Below are positions 1 through 10,822 of a stretch of 64,000 nt of DNA, piece by piece. The notes beneath the pieces are model-generated. The model ran no database searches, had not been told where the DNA came from, and saw nothing but the letters and a program-made list of their open reading frames with translations. Each line of letters starts with the position of its first letter. Positions within the stretch are counted from its first letter, which is position 1. The DNA is from Parasitella parasitica NRRL 2501 (taxonomy: Eukaryota; Fungi; Mucoromycota), in NCBI GenBank assembly GCA_025201805.1, contig MU619286.1:46798-110797 (forward strand). Reading direction: 5' to 3'. Position numbers and translations under genes: made by a program.

Positions 1-329
1 CGCTGACTAATTTATTAGGTACAGATCAACACGGGGCTTGAGAATAAAGGACCCCTCCCTTCCACAATAGCAATAGGTGCTTACCTGTCAAGATGCCTAT
101 CGTATATGGCGCTACTTGATGCTGGTTGTTAGTTGTGTGTCCTACGTCAGCATTGCCTATACAGCGCTTACCTGCCATGGCCGGTTAAAAATGAGGTGTA
201 TTAGCGTAAGGAAAAAAGAAAAAGATGTAGAAGGAAGGCTCTTTAAAAAAAAGTTCACATAAATAGTTTCAGGTTTTTTTCTCTCCCTCTCCCTCTCTCT
301 CTTTCTCTTTCTCAAGATAAATTGCGATA

Positions 330-1115
330 ATGACAAGTGCGTTTGCGGCAGTTATCGTTTGCTTGGTGCTGATACCAGCTATACCGCTGGGAATATACGC
401 TATTGGGCTTTTGTTGCCTAGCAACCACATAGCTTCTCGCGCTACTACATACAACACGACACCCAAGATTCTTTGGGCTATTCTAACCAGCGTAGAGGAT
501 TACCCTGCTTGGCGTTCTAATATCGATCGAGTAACAATAAGACGAGACGAATTCGAAAATCAAATCAACCAGTACGACGACGATAGTCGCACTACATTTG
601 TTGAATATACCAAAAAAGATCGACGCACTGTAGTCATGCATATTGAACAAGAGCACGAAAGAAAGCTGCTGAGAGTGCTGGAGGAGAGGTCTTACATTCC
701 ACCGGGCGAACAAGCGCCACAAAGAAAATCTACGTTTAGCGGCTCGTGGACTTTTCTGATTGAGCCCATTGAAGGCCAAGATAAAGCAGTAAAGTTAAAG
801 ATCACAGAGCAAGGCGTTATCAACAAGCCGATGGTCCGTGTGTCTCACATGCTGCTGTTTGGATACCACCGAAGAATTGATCGCTTTATCAAGGATTTGG
901 GAAAGGAAATCGACTTGGGCATCCTCGAAGGACAAGGCGAAGATGAACAAGACCAAAATGACGAGCATTCTCAAGACGCAATGGTGCAGCAACAAGCCGC
1001 AGAAGAATTTGAAGCAGGGCCTGACGATAGCATGTTGCAGCCGTCAATCATCACTGAATCAAAGATTCTCGATAAAGAATGGGATATGGTGAATGAGGTT
1101 TACGAGAAAAAGTAA
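330..1115 (+). CDS. SRPBCC/START-like (polyketide cyclase/dehydrase 2 type) protein with N-terminal membrane anchor, intronless
   Basis: 261-aa ORF. Hydrophobic N-terminus, then LLLPSNHIASRATTYNTTPKILWAILTSVEDYPAWRSNIDRV, then FSGSWTFLIEP...VKLKITEQGVINKPMVR, the pattern of SRPBCC proteins. Acidic C-terminal tail. Confidence 0.75.
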   Translation: MTSAFAAVIVCLVLIPAIPLGIYAIGLLLPSNHIASRATTYNTTPKILWAILTSVEDYPAWRSNIDRVTIRRDEFENQINQYDDDSRTTFVEYTKKDRRTVVMHIEQEHERKLLRVLEERSYIPPGEQAPQRKSTFSGSWTFLIEPIEGQDKAVKLKITEQGVINKPMVRVSHMLLFGYHRRIDRFIKDLGKEIDLGILEGQGEDEQDQNDEHSQDAMVQQQAAEEFEAGPDDSMLQPSIITESKILDKEWDMVNEVYEKK

Positions 1116-1121
1116 ATATTT

Positions 1122-2406
1122 TTATGCAAATAAAGGCTTCTTGAAGAAACGGGCTACAAAGAACCCACTTGTGCTACTTGAGATGGGGTCAAATCTGAGG
1201 CAATTCGCTTCAATTTCATACTGCAGCGCTGGAAAAGCTTCCTGCTGCTTGATTTTGGCCGGTTTAACATTGAAGCTGGGTATCTTTACAAGTGTTGCGT
1301 CTTGGTATTCGTTCAGGAACCATGCCACATTGGCTTCGTTTTGCCGAATGGACAGTGAGCATGTACTATAAACCATAATTCCTCCTGGTTTCAGCATGTT
1401 CCAACCTTGTTTCATTAAATTGCACTAGCACGAGTGAATAACAGCAGTTGTCACGATTATATCATAATTACCTGCAATTCTGTTATTGTACCTATTCTAT
1501 TGGGGTCCATGAAATTCTTTTCAAACGCATCCCATCCCCACTTTTCGTATTTGAGAATATGCGCTATGCTCCCGTCATGCGTGCATTCAGCATCCACAAG
1601 TACCTTGTCGTAGAGCGAGGGCTTTGTCTGTGCGTCGAATCGAAGCAATCTAGATGACCAGAAGGGTTGAACTAAATCTGTCTTTTGGCGCTTCCTAGGT
1701 ATATCTTCTTGGCTACTCTGACGGATCATCTTGTTTCCCAGCCGAGAGGGTGCTGGGACTTGAAAAGTTGTGCCATCAGCTTCAAACAAACGCACCTTCT
1801 CTCCCACCTTGTACTTTTTCAGTAATGATCTACATGTGGCTAGTCGATGGCCTGCCAAATCAACCCCAGTAGCTGTGCCTAGTCCGTCTCTTCCCAGAAT
1901 ATTGGCAATCATGCACAATTTAGCTCCTGGTGCGCAGCATAAATCTAGCACTTGCTCGTCTTTTTGTATTTCCAATGCCTCGACCGCAATGGCTGAACTG
2001 AGGTCAATGCCGAAAATAGCTTGATTCTTGTAGCTAATGCAAGTAGTTTAGTGTACCCCCCCCCCTCTAGGATCAGCAAAAAAAAAACTCACGCAGGAAT
2101 ATCAGATATACGTTGTGTAGTGTCATCTAGCTGTACCTTGAAAAAATTATCAATGCCATCAACTTGATATACCTTGTCCGTCTGGAATTGGCTTTTTAGG
2201 TCTTCAAGGGTGGGTCGCTTATCATCTGGCAAATGAGTATTTGTTCTAACGTATCGAGGCAGAGTTACAACAGTGTAAATTTGTGGATCGATTGAATTGT
2301 CATGTAAGAATTTCTTGAATGAATCTGGCAGTTTTTCTATATCAAAGCTTGCTCTACTGTCCTTTGTCGTTGGGTTGACTTGGTCGTCTTTATCATGGCT
2401 AGACAT
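1122..2406 (-). CDS. NOL1/NOP2/Sun (RsmB/NSUN) family RNA m5C methyltransferase, 3 exons
   Basis: Exons 2406-2093, 2033-1472, 1424-1122 joined by GT-AG introns. Motifs VLDLCCAPGAK, YDKVLVDAECTHDGS and LKPGGIMVYSTCSL. Confidence 0.9.
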
Positions 2407-2768
2407 CTCGACGTTCTTGGAGGAAGAACAGGCAAATTTTTTTTCTCTCTCTCTCTCTCTCGTCTGAGTAACAGGAAGCACAATTCACTTTCTGTCTCAG
2501 ATCATTGCAAAATACGGTGCAATCACTACTATGATGAAATTTGACATCTTGTCAACAAATCTCATTACAAGCAATATAAAGCCGTTGATCTCTTGCAATT
2601 CCAGCTCAAGCACAACTTGCTGTGGCAGCTATTGATTATTGTAATGTACGAGAATCATTGCAATGTCTGCTGGTTTCACGGATATGAAAAACCAAGCCAC
2701 GGCTACCACAGCGATAAATTAATACAGAAAAAAGGGGGGATGCATCCTCATCTTTTGGCAAGTCAAAT

Positions 2769-3307
2769 ATGTCTAAATTCACAAACGTCAAAATCATCCA
2801 AATTGAATACCCCAATGAAATACACAGAGCTCTAGCTGTTCGCAGAAAAGTTTTCATTGAAGAGCAAGGCTATTCCGAAAAGATTGAGAAGGATGGGTAT
2901 GTTGTAGCACCCAGCACGTACCCCACGTAAACTTTACTAAATCTTACAAAAGACTAGACGGCGCCTGCCAACATTGGATCGCTACTTGCGATAAAGAAAA
3001 TGAAGATGGAACAATTGAGCACAATGTAGACATTGGAAACGTTCGTCTGATCCCTAAATCGGAAGGTGTAGCCAAGTTGGGTCGTCTTGCTGTGCTGTCT
3101 AGCGCTCGTGGTCTTCAAGTTGGACGTCTACTAGTCGAGGCTTTTGCTAATTATTGTAAACATAACAATTACACCACCATCGTATTGCATTCCCAATATC
3201 CTAGACGAGGCTTCTATGAAAAAACTGGTTTTCGAATTGAGGAAGGTGATGATCAGATTTTCGATGAAGCAGGCACCCCCCATGTTCGCATGTGGATGCG
3301 CCTGTAG
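2769..3307 (+). CDS. GNAT N-acetyltransferase, ElaA/YjcF-like, 2 exons
   Basis: Exons 2769-2896 and 2953-3307. Spliced protein has ALAVRRKVFIEEQG, AKLGRLAVLSSARGLQVGRLLV (acetyl-CoA motif A), LHSQ...GFYEKTGF and FDEAGTPHVRM. Confidence 0.85.
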
Positions 3308-4771
3308 TGCACTGGCTATTTACCTGTTATAAACGTAGATAAAAGTTATACACTAATAAAGTAGTAGTGACATGTATCAAGAGAGCATTTGTGTATTCCT
3401 TCCATTTCGGGCTTACATGATCTCCAACAAAATAAAAGGTAATTTAGCTTGGAAAGCTCCTTCTTTTCTATCACTGCTTACAGTCCTTTAAGAAAGCTCC
3501 CATTTAAAGTTCTTTGAAGGTGCGTGTGTTGTCTTGTTTACTTGATTCATCCACAAATGTACCATATTTGATAGTTGTTTGCAACGCACCTTTATTCAAT
3601 GATGTATCCGTTTCGAATATCGAGTCATTAATGTGTGAAAAAGTTGTTCAAGGAAAATAGAATGGTACGGGGACAATATTGGTAAATGCTGGTATGATGC
3701 ATAAATTTAGTACTTGCAACCTTGATGTTCTGATCCAGAATTCAGCGTATAAATGCTTCTGATATAACATTCGGGCTACATCAACTCATTTTGCCCTTGT
3801 CTTGCGCCAAGAGCCTGCGTTGCTCTCTGTGCAAAATTTCTCGTTCTCTCACGGGGATGCAACAAGTAAGACTCTTCAATTCATCTTTCTACTGAATTCT
3901 TTACTCGCAGCATTGTCAAATTGACTTGAACATACTGCTGTATGACAGCTATTCTCATATGCTTCAAGCACTATTGTTTAGCAACAGTTGCAGACCCTGC
4001 AGCTTTAAAACACTTGATGCTTGACTAATACCGTATATATATTCACCACTACCAGGTGCTTTTTGTTGCTATCGATATTGTATATTTGTTGAAATCTCGA
4101 CGACATGGCTCCTTTTCAACGCTCAGCTCATGACTTTGCAAAGGGTTTGGTAACCATACTAATTGTGAGTCGATAGCAACCACAGAGTAAAGGAGATGCG
4201 CAAATGTTTATTTTACTGTATCACCTAGGTAGCAGCAAAGAAGAAAAAGGAGGGAATTCACAAAAAGCATGGATAGACAAAGAAGCCCCTTTTTTCGTAT
4301 AGACATGTTTTTGTGTTGTCTTTTTTGCATCAGATAATAATGCTATCGCATTGTATGTGTCTAGTGAAGAAGGAATGGCAGGTCCTGTTTGCTTTTGCAG
4401 CATGAATCTCGCAGGATATTCTCTATTTATGTGGCACAATGCGCTTTGTTGCCCATGAGAACTATTATGCATTTCTGTTGATGATTTCACTACACACTTG
4501 TCTGCTGCTGTTGCTGTGAGGGCGCAACACGCACACCTATTTATAAGTTTGCACAACCTGGTGCTACCACGTCAAAATCAAACAGACCAATTATCATGAA
4601 TGATATCTTGCATTTGTTCGCCCTTTCATAAGAAAACATTGCACACAAAACAAACCCCTCCCCTTTGACTCTCCCCCCCCCCCCTCATCACCCCACTGTT
4701 TGCTGATACTATAAAAAAGATATTCTTTCTCTTTGTTCAATCTCGAGGCTTTCTTCTCTGTATTCTCTTGA

Positions 4772-5500
4772 ATGTTAAAATCCATCATTTTACTTTCTTC
4801 GTTGGCCCTCGGCGCTGTTAATGCCCAAGTGCAATCTCCCACTTATCAGTACAATGTCACTTCCCCAAGCCCGAATTCTCCCTATGTTGCCAGCCAAATC
4901 CTTCCATGCATCTATGATATTGCAGACAATACAACAGCCGATAGTAAGTAGTCTTTTCAAAGATATGCGGCTAAACCTCATCGCAACTTGCAAATAGATC
5001 TCCAGCTCTCAATCTCATTAGTTGGCGCCAACATGTCTGCTCACCTGACTGCTTCTGCAGACATCTCGCAAGGATTCAGCTACCAAAAGCAGATTGGAGG
5101 CGCTACAGTGTATGAGCATCAATTTAACGTAAGTACCATGTATAGTGTAGCTCTGAGAACATGCTCCTGATAACTGCTTTTTTTGAATTAAAAAAAAAAA
5201 AAAAAAAAAAAATAGTACAACATTCCTCCCAACACAACGGCCGGTGCTTATCAAGTAGTCTTTCTCGATAATGTATCTCAAACAAACGTCAGCATTCCCA
5301 TTACAATTTCTGCTGCACCTGTAACTCCTACTTCGTCTGCTGCTGTTCCTTCTGGATCTTCTGGGACAACTGCAGCAACTACCTCTGTGCCTGCCAGCAT
5401 CTTTAACAAGGACAGCTCTTCCGCTGATCCTGCCATTCCACTCTCAAAATACCTGCTTGTAGCCTCTTTCTCAGTAATAGTTGCCTTTGTGCAATTTTAA
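4772..5500 (+). CDS. Secreted Ser/Thr-rich, probably GPI-anchored cell-surface protein, 3 exons
   Basis: Starts MLKSIILLSSLALGAVNAQ (signal peptide). GT-AG introns at ~4944-4997 and ~5129-5215. S/T/A-rich linker and a hydrophobic C-terminus (KYLLVASFSVIVAFVQF*). Not visible as one ORF in the track. Confidence 0.75.
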
Positions 5501-5764
5501 TCTTTTATATAATTGCCGTTTTTGCTAGTTTTTCTGGAGCAAAATCTAATCGTATCTTATACATAAAATAATTGTAGTGTTTTATAATAATCAAGTAAGC
5601 GGTGGGGCGAGTGTTTTGACTTTTTGCTGAATCAAGACTAATTTTACGAAAATAAGCAATAGAATAAATGGTTTATTAATTGTATGGTGCAATAGTAATA
5701 TATAAGATAGAAAAATGCTGTGATAATAGATGTTTACAATAGATACAAGAGTGTAATAAATAAC

Positions 5765-7821
5765 TTAAATTGCTGGTACTACAGCTCTGGGAGCTGCCTT
5801 TCTTGCGTTAGACAGGCGTGCAAAAGCACGAGAATAGATGGACACCATTTCAGAGAATGTAGCAGAGATAGCACGTGCTACTGGACCACGGAAGCCATAT
5901 ATACAGCGCAAGGCAATCCACTGTTGTTGATGTTTAGGCACTTTTGCACGCAAAGGGAACCCTGGAGCGTTGACAAGAGTAGGTCCAATGGCCATGTAGA
6001 TTTCAAAAGCAGCTCTGATGCTGCTTTGCACTTCTTCTGGCAAGCCGTCAATTCCCTTTTGAGCCTTATTTGAAATCTGGTCTGCAAGGCCCAAAATACG
6101 GATAGAAAAGGATTTGAGAGCATGCTCACCAACTAATAAAGGGTTCCTTGCGACTTTCAAGATGTGATACACATTTTGAGGCGGGTAGGGCATGTACTGA
6201 AGCGGAACGTAGCAACGGCCCACAAGGCTGTCAGCGATTACATCACGAGCAATATTGATCAATTGAAGACACTTTTAGAGCAAAAAGAAGCTTGTTTAGT
6301 ACATCAAAAAAATTATTCTGATTAGCTAATTTGTCTCTCACATACCTGCCCTGTCGCTCTGGCTCTTAATAGCACATGCTCATTCCGTACAGCGTTATTT
6401 TTTGGATTTCCCCAGTTGCCTCTGCCTGTTTTGTACATGATGGCGCAAGTGCACAGCTCACCGAACGTGCCAGAGATGAGAGCAGCATAGTTTAGCAGGT
6501 CTTTTTGCTTCTTGACAGGCTCTCCACGCAGATCATGTTCCCAAGCATCGGTAAGCTCGGACATGGCACGAGGACATAGGTAATGCGAGATGCGGGCAAA
6601 GTTTCTAAATATGGCCAGCACGTCTTGGTTTGGAAGAAGAGCATTGTAATAATCCCAGTTAATGTGTTCGGGTAGGGTCAAGTCCTGGTGGCTCTTGTAA
6701 CTGTTGATGGCCTGCTTAGGGTAAAAGACTTCTCGCAGAAACCTTCGAATAATGACCAAATTCTGCTCGCATTGCTTTCGCGTAGGGGCATCATCTACCA
6801 GGTCATCGGCGGTACGGAAGAATGCGTACAAAAGACAGAGATCTTGGCGCAAGTTGACAGGAAACAAGGCAGCCATGGTCTTCCAGGACCTGGAGGCAGG
6901 GCCCAAGACGCGGATTGCGGTTTCAAGGTCGTCAATAGGGGAAGCGTCAAGGTCAGCTTCATTTGGCATGCAAGAAATCAGACGAATGATGGCAATCCAG
7001 TAGGGTAAAGACAGCTGGTCTTGCAGGGCAGCTTGTTTTGACCTATCCTTCTGAACCAGGTGGGGAAATGTATTTAGAATGGTGTCGACATAGTCCAGGG
7101 CATTGCACGAAAGCACCAGAACAAGCACAAACAGGGCACAATCTAAAACGGTAGCTGCGTATAATTTACTGTGGGTATATGCTGTACGACAAACAAATGA
7201 GCCAAACAACGTTGAGATCACAGATGCTGCAGCGATCACTTTTGCCCTGCGAACAAAATAAGGGCCAGCAATGTACCACATTAGCCCAATGATAGTCAGT
7301 GCAAACGACGTTTGTGGCCGAGAAGCGTATTGGCTAATTGAAATAGTAATTAATTAAAAAGAATGAAATAAGGGGCGGATTCAGACTTACCTGGTGATGG
7401 CCATCAGAATAAGCGAAACAGACAGACCATGGCGAGCAAAACTAGACACAACAGCGCTTGAACGTGGGTTGATAAAGGTAATTGGGAACTGCCATCTTGT
7501 CAACAGGCCGCATAGAGACACGATAAAAGTAGTTAGCATAAGCAGAACAAGTGCATCCGAGAATAAAGGGGGGGCTGATAGACCAAATGCAGCAGCAGAG
7601 TTTAAATGTATTAAATCCAAGGCGGATGTCATGTTATTAGTGCTGTTATCGTAGAGGTTTGTTATTACTGCTGCTTTATTGTTGTAATCAATGACAAACG
7701 GGGCAAGAAATGCAGCGCCACCTAATGCACTGTATTTTGCTTTATCCAGCTTTGTTATAAAAGGTCGATATACGCAGAAGACGACCACAAGAGCAGCCAG
7801 AGTGTAATAAATATATGCCAT
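5765..7821 (-). CDS. Divergent CarRP/CarRA-like protein: degenerate lycopene-cyclase-like TM domain plus squalene/phytoene synthase domain, 3 exons
   Basis: Exons 7821-7391, 7333-6346, 6271-5765. N-terminus YYTLAALVVVFCVYRPFITKLDKAKY and LLTRWQF resemble CarRP cyclase repeat 1. LMWYIAGPYFVRR resembles repeat 2. Synthase motifs LRQDLCLLYAFFRTADDLVDD and LQLINIARDVIADSLVGRCYVP. Confidence 0.85.
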
Positions 7822-10689
7822 TGTGCGTTGTAGAAAGAAAAGAGAGAATATTTGATTGCAACTATCTCGCAAACCAGTATTTATACCAAATGGATCAGAA
7901 ACTATACCATCCCCTTTTCTCCCTTAAGATTACACAAGAGAAAATGGTTCGCTCTCTGTCTGTCTCTGTTGATGCCGTACAATGATTTACACATACATCT
8001 TGATCTTTTTTTTAATTTTTTATTTTTTTATTTATTTATTTTTCTATATGCAAGTGCCTCTCGATACGATTGTACACTGCAGCTACATGTATCTTTTTGC
8101 ATTTAAAAATCTCTGTAGACAAAAATGACAGGCACAGTTTCATATAAAACCCGCATCATTCATGTACAACTCTTCAAGTAAATATCTTTTTAGATGAAAC
8201 TGTTTGTTGTATTCGTCAATTGTACCACCCAGTTGTTAAACTTGTCGTTCTCTTTTAGAAGTATTGCGGCTCCTGCTTTTGAATTAATGCAGCCAAACGG
8301 CTACTAGATCAGAAGTAGGGGCGGTTCATCCTTCCGGTTTCTAGAGGCTTTATCAAGAATCCTTGTTGGTGCACAGTTTAAAAATAACCAGACCGAGAGA
8401 CAAGATGCGGACAACCGTACAAACAGGTTATAAGAATGCACCTTTGTTTGTGTAGTCTATTTTTTTTTTTTTTTTTTTTTTTTTTGCTCGGTATACGGTA
8501 GCAGACTAAATGTTCATGTCAAATCTGCAACTAATTCTCTATCATCTTGATCCTTATCATTGCCCTGAAGACGTTTTTATTTTCATATTATTTATTGTAT
8601 TTTAGTCTTTTAAACTCGTTGTCTGACTATAAGAGTCATCATGATAGTGTAAACAACAAAAACAAAAGATCGTTGGCAATCGATTGCATATAATGTCGTC
8701 AAATGACAAGTACTAGCAGGTCCGTATATACATATTGTACATCATGTACGCTGTCCCCTTGAATTGTACTAGAAACTTGTTACTATTCGGGTCATTCTTT
8801 TTACATGTCATGTAAGCCAAGTCAACGGGACCATCGAAAAGGTCAAAAAGAAAGGGGAAAAAGATGCGAAAACGCTTTCTCTATTTCTCGGCCACTTTTT
8901 ATACATCAACTCTTGTTATTAAACTTGTTTACGATGATATATATTATTGTTATTAACGAAATAACAAGTTTTTTTTTTTTTTTTTTGTTATAGTCGAGAG
9001 CCGTGTGTAATAACCAAGGGATATATTTACAGCTGGAATGTATCGATATAGCATAAGGTAGAAGGCTGATCAATACATGTATATTAAGACAGATGCGTTC
9101 TATATAGCACCATCCCGAATACTGCAAGATATTCTTGACATCTGAGGCAATGTGTTCTCTACCGATCATAACATTCAATATAATATGACGTTAATGTAAC
9201 TGAACTATAAACACGCATCTACACAAATAAACAAAAAACCGGTTTTTTTTAGACCATGTCCTGTATTGTACACATAAACAAAAGCACAACGAGATCAAGA
9301 GAGCCAACAAACACAACAACACCAAAAAAAAAACTGGGCTTTGTTGGCATGGGTGAACTGATAAACAGATCCGATGATGCCGCTTGTTCGGATGCCACAT
9401 GTGTGTAAACCTTGTTTTTGCGTTATAGTTTTTAATACAAATGTCAATTATCAAAAACAAATAGTAAAGGTCAGTGGCATCTACTGCACACTTCAAACCA
9501 TTGGAGTGCATTATGTGAAAATATGTGTACAGCATACCATACGCTGCATTGTTATTGTAGCAGCATTTGAAAATACATCGAAACCTAGAGTTACACACCT
9601 GAATATCATAATTTTTTCCGATTGCACCTTTTTGGTGGGAAGATTCACAGCAGTGCAAGTTTTTTTTTTTTTTTGTCTTCTGGATCAAATAAGTCAATTG
9701 AAAAATGTAACACTACAAAAATACGTGGGAAGCAATATTATATTTGCGCTTAGAACATGGATTTTGGAATGTTTGTCGTAGCACCGACCGCTTGCTTTTT
9801 TGTGCCTTTTTTTTGTTGTTGTTATTGTTGAGCAGTTGAGAGCATAGCACAATAACTGACTAAGCTACTAGTAATAAACTCATCATCTTCAATGATGTAT
9901 GTGCCAGAATCCTTATGCTTAAATGCACCAGAGAGAATCGGGCTATTATCTGTATTCTATATCATGAAGAGGTTTGCATCTATATCATGTATGGGTCGAG
10001 TGCCATATAAAAAAAAACTCTTTGTTTTTAAAGAGCCTATATCTTGTTACACCTACACAAAATACAAGTTTTCAACAGTTGCTTGAATAGATTTGTTTGC
10101 CTAAAATTTGAAAGACAATATTGAAGGCTGATGAGGAAAACGACTCTAGTCCCAAATGTTGCAAGCTTATTTCGACAATTTAGTATTGGCAACTTTAGCA
10201 GACGCTGCTGGAGGTACCTACAGAGTAAAGATCAGAAAGGAAAATCCAGACAAGAAAATTAGTCTTGAGATGTAATAGAGGCTTGCCTGGCGATAATTCA
10301 AATTCCACAAAGGAAAGGTGATATTGGCCAGGCTTGCCAAGAGCAGCCCAAACAAAAGGCGAGATTTACATCAAAATTATTGACTGCCAGAGTGTATGGC
10401 ATGTTGTGCAAACAAGTACACAGCGGCCTATGATATTGGGACATGCCTCCAAGGTTTTGTAAAAGCATACAACTAAAAGCGTGTCAAAAGTACCGCCTCT
10501 CGCTGTCATTGCGTGCAAAGGATGCCCACATTAGACACTTGATGTATAAGATCTCTAGATAGTCCGTGCAGCTTAGCTTGAGACCATCTGAATAGCATTT
10601 CAAGATTAGATATTATGACAGTTGATTTATTGCCAGTGAGTGTTATAAGCAGCGTCTCAGGGGTAACGCCTACCAAGTAGAATGCAGAG

Positions 10690-10706
10690 TACCGTATAGT
10701 ACGGTA
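10690..10706. promoter_or_regulatory. TACCGTA-tag-TACGGTA palindrome upstream of THO2
   Basis: Perfect 7-bp inverted repeat ~120 bp upstream of the THO2 ATG. The same heptamer occurs upstream of CWC22 and RFC2. Confidence 0.35.
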
Positions 10707-10822
10707 GCAGAATGTGGATTCTCGTGACTGTAAGCATAGTTTTTTTTTTTCACCTTCCTCTTGGCCCTCATCCCCTTTTCCCTTTTTTTTTGTTTTATCA
10801 ATCATAATAATAATAAAAAAGC

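Noticed and set aside
9191-9781. Overlapping 168-aa and 135-aa ORFs upstream of the CarRP-like gene (possible carB remnant)
   Set aside because: No FAD-binding GxGxxG or desaturase motifs; composition looks like non-coding AT-rich DNA.
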